Shown: piece by piece, positions 61,207-64,000 of the stretch
How positions within the stretch are numbered: position 1 is the stretch's first letter
Layout of the letters: each line of letters starts with the position of its first letter
Notes under the pieces: generated by a model
The model's input: only the letters and a program-made list of their open reading frames with translations
The model's database searches: none
What the model was told of the DNA's origin: nothing
Made by a program: the position numbers and the translations under genes
Assembly (NCBI RefSeq): GCF_041956535.1
Contig: NW_027192193.1
Coordinates: forward strand, 859,192 to 923,191
Length of the DNA stretch: 64,000 nt
Direction of reading: 5' to 3'
From: Calcarisporiella thermophila CBS 279.70
Taxonomy: Eukaryota > Fungi > Calcarisporiellomycota

Positions 61207-61943
61207 ATGAAATTCTTCAACATTGCCGTCGCCATTTGTTCCCTGGCTGCCATCACACAGGCGCTGCCTTCACACAGGCTCCTGCCGCGGACAGGAGATG
61301 ACGATTCTTATGCCATTGCCAGTATCAATCAGAGTAAGTCATCCCCTCCCTCTCTCGCCCCCCCCCCCCATAGAAACCAAATGATGGACCCTTTCATGGT
61401 TTTGCGTTTACAACCATAGACGGTGTCATTGCCCGCTTCGGGTTCAAGCAGGAGCCGGGAGATGAGATGAAGGTGCACGTTGTTGTCGAGCAAGGTCTCA
61501 AGAATGAAACCCAGCCCTACCACGTGCATGTCCATCCGGTCCCCGCCAATGGCGATTGCAACGGGACCGGCGGTCACCTCGATCCCAAGCAAGTCAACGG
61601 CACAGACCGCTGCAATAGTCAGAGTGGGTATCAGTGCGAAGTGGGCGACTTGAGTGGAAAGCACGGGCCGCTCGCGGGCTCACCGGAGGGCAACCTGCGT
61701 GTCGACATCGAATACACCGACCCGGATCTCACCTTTTCGGGTGAGAACTCCGTCGTTGGGCGAAGCGTAGTCATTCATCGCCCCGACAACACTAGACTCG
61801 CCTGTGCCAACATTACCGTGGTGGATAAAAACACCTTCGACAAGTCCCTGCCCTCGGATGACGGCCCAAACGACAAAGATAATGACGACGATAATGGCGA
61901 CGATAATGGCGACGATGACGACGACGACGACGACGATGAGTAG
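61207..61943 (+). CDS. Secreted Cu-only superoxide dismutase (SOD4/5/6-like) with an Asp-rich tail
   Basis: Signal peptide MKFFNIAVAICSLAAITQA and intron 61334-61419. Motifs YHVH, GGHLDP, CEVGDLSGKHG, GRSVVIH and RLACANI. Confidence 0.92.
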
Positions 61944-62879
61944 ACAAGCAGCCATCGGCTCATCATCCGAAAACTTACCATTACTTAAGACGCCGATTTT
62001 TAATAGTCTTTATTCATTATTTTTTTTTTCCTTTTTCCCTTTAATTTTCCTATGTCTTCTATTTCATGTCTCACTTTGTAATAGGCTCTGCTTTCTTCTC
62101 TGTATTCCACTCTGGTTTTCCCTCTCAGCATTGCCTAGGACTGGGCAATGGAGAGGGAAGACTCTACATTACACCCCCTCTCTTTACTACCCTACAATGT
62201 TGACTCGTCTTACCCCGAAATACATTCTAATGAGATAATGTGAAGGCCAACCTATTTTTTGGTGCCCGGATAGGATCATTAGTGTCACGCATTATATTAT
62301 TTCCACGCTATCTAAATTGGCAGGGGCATTTTGACTAGTAGGAATTCAGCTCCGTCTATGTATCACTCGGAATTGGAATATTGGGAACCTTAGCTAAGAT
62401 AGGGCCCCTGGAGGTTCAGAAAAAAGTGGGTTAAATCAATCTAAATGAAAAAATAGGCTAGTTTTCAGATAAAACCCAAGATAAGGGTGTATTTTTATTG
62501 CCAAGACATTTTCATAGAGGATGGATGGTTTCTATTGACAAGAGGGAAAAACTTTTGAGTCGACCATGAAAGAATCCTCCATCCTATACGTGGGATAGCG
62601 CAAGAAATGAATCCAGGCATTCACTACTGATCCCAAAGCGGTCTAGACCTCTCCCAAAAAAAAAAAAAATCCAAGAGCTGGTTGACCCTTCCCTTCTACC
62701 GCTGGGGGACTTCACACCCATCCCTCTTGGCGGGAATGGCCTGTAGGTACCAAACTAGTCCATAAGCAGTGTGCGCCCTTTGATGCTCTGGTGGATAAAT
62801 GTATTCTCGTCTGCTAGCCTCTCCCCCCCCTCTCTCCCCAACCTTCCTCTCTTCCCCTCTCGAAGGCCTCCTCCCACCC

Positions 62880-64000
62880 TCATGTGGTTGAAGTTGCACC
62901 AGAACTCTCGGCCAGATAGGCTGCAATTTTTTCCCCCAGTTCGATAGCCTCTCCTCCGACCACCTCGGCATATCTCAGCATGGTAGTGTGACATCTTCTC
63001 AAACAAGCGATCGAATGCTCCCTGGCCTGGGATAACGGGGAGAAGATGGCAAGACGGTGGTATATTTTGCACACGATATTCAAGGAATCGAAAAGTGAAG
63101 CGATACGGCAAAAACCACCGGGCCCATTCAACAGTGAAATAAGACGCTCGGTGATGAAGTCCGCGCCCGCAGTGCAGATATTCTCGGCGTGCTTCTCTAA
63201 TGAGGAAGGCCAGGGTGGCGATCTGTGAAGCGAGGAAGATTGCCAGTGGAACGTGGTAATTTGGAAAAAGAACGGTAAGTGGAGTTGAACGAGGGCGGTG
63301 GCGTAATACACCTCGAGTTCGCAGATTGCCTGGCGCGCATGAGGATGGGGACAAGTGTATGGGGACCGGTTGGGCCCCCTTTCCCGTGGAATGGCTTGCC
63401 ACCACGACTTCAATCTTCGCTCAAACTCGAGAATCACCTCGAAGTTTAGCCCGGTGTGAGACTGCATGGGGGAGGCACTACGCTCGTGGCACCGCGAAAC
63501 GAACTCTCCTAGAATATATCTCAATTTCCCGATCTGCACCGTGGCCCACACGCACACGCCCAGTTCCTCGCCCTCTCCCTCCAGCAAGTTCGGCATTACC
63601 TGAACCGAGTATCTGTCGGGAATCCTTGTGGAGGGCGGATGCGACCTGATCACCCTCTCCTGATGGATCATCGCGATGGCCCATTGGAGGCGTTTTCTCT
63701 CCTCCACATGAATCCTCGTCTGGATATCAGGCGCGCAGGTGAACTCTGGACTCGGGACAAGGTCGAGATGTTTCTGGGCCAAGATGAGAAAGCATGAGTC
63801 CACCTGGGTGAAGTGGGTGCAGCTTTGTAGGGTGAGGAGCGTACGAACGATGGCAAGAGAAGAGGGGCCGTCATAGCGCTCCCGCTGTATACCAAAACCG
63901 TTAAAACATTAAAAAATAACCACTGTAGCCTCTTTTTTTTTTTCTTCTTCAATAATGCTTCGCTGAGGGCTGAAGCAAAGACATTCTTACCAGCAAATCC
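62880..64000 (-). CDS. Fungal-specific transcription factor (middle homology region of Zn2Cys6-type proteins); 5' part lies beyond the right edge
   Basis: Exon from 63884 reads YDGPSSLAIVRTLLTL...EERKRLQWAI...FERRLKSWWQAIP...YYATALVQLHLPF...ICTAGA. Intron 63990-63885 upstream. Confidence 0.7.

Noticed and set aside
1-64000. U12-type introns, selenocysteine TGA codons and readthrough-derived PTS1 signals
   Set aside because: No [GA]TATCCTT donors among the introns inspected, no in-frame TGA at conserved Cys positions, and no TGA-CTA stop contexts in the called genes.

Overview
Eukaryotic, gene-dense fungal scaffold with short GT-AG introns and one 904-N assembly gap at 23723-24626. The gene families suggest an early-diverging lineage (Mucoromycota/Zoopagomycota-like); this is inference only. 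About 22 protein-coding genes were reconstructed by hand. Housekeeping and regulatory genes: HIR1 (cut by the left edge), a PAN1-like endocytic scaffold with two SH3 domains, a Sec7-PH Arf-GEF, eIF2-gamma, an NHA1-type antiporter, a GH47 mannosidase, an HSL-family hydrolase, a GST, proteasome beta-3, VTS1, an Mds3/Ral2-like Kelch-BTB protein, LUC7, and a fungal transcription-factor domain (cut by the right edge). Interspersed secreted or surface genes: a bacterial-looking beta-helix carbohydrate enzyme, a zincin with a basic tail, a mucin carrying an amphipathic N-terminal helix, a small GPI protein, a poly-EK/poly-E protein, a membrane-anchored degenerate GT5-like glycosyltransferase, and a Cu-only SOD with an acidic tail. 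No rRNA, tRNA, CRISPR array or intact transposon was recognised. I see no single multi-gene novel system that I can demonstrate. The best leads are the LUC7 7-nt microexon, the GT5-like pseudo-enzyme, the bacterial-like beta-helix gene, the tethered amphipathic peptide, and an uncharacterised conserved protein at 57-58 kb.
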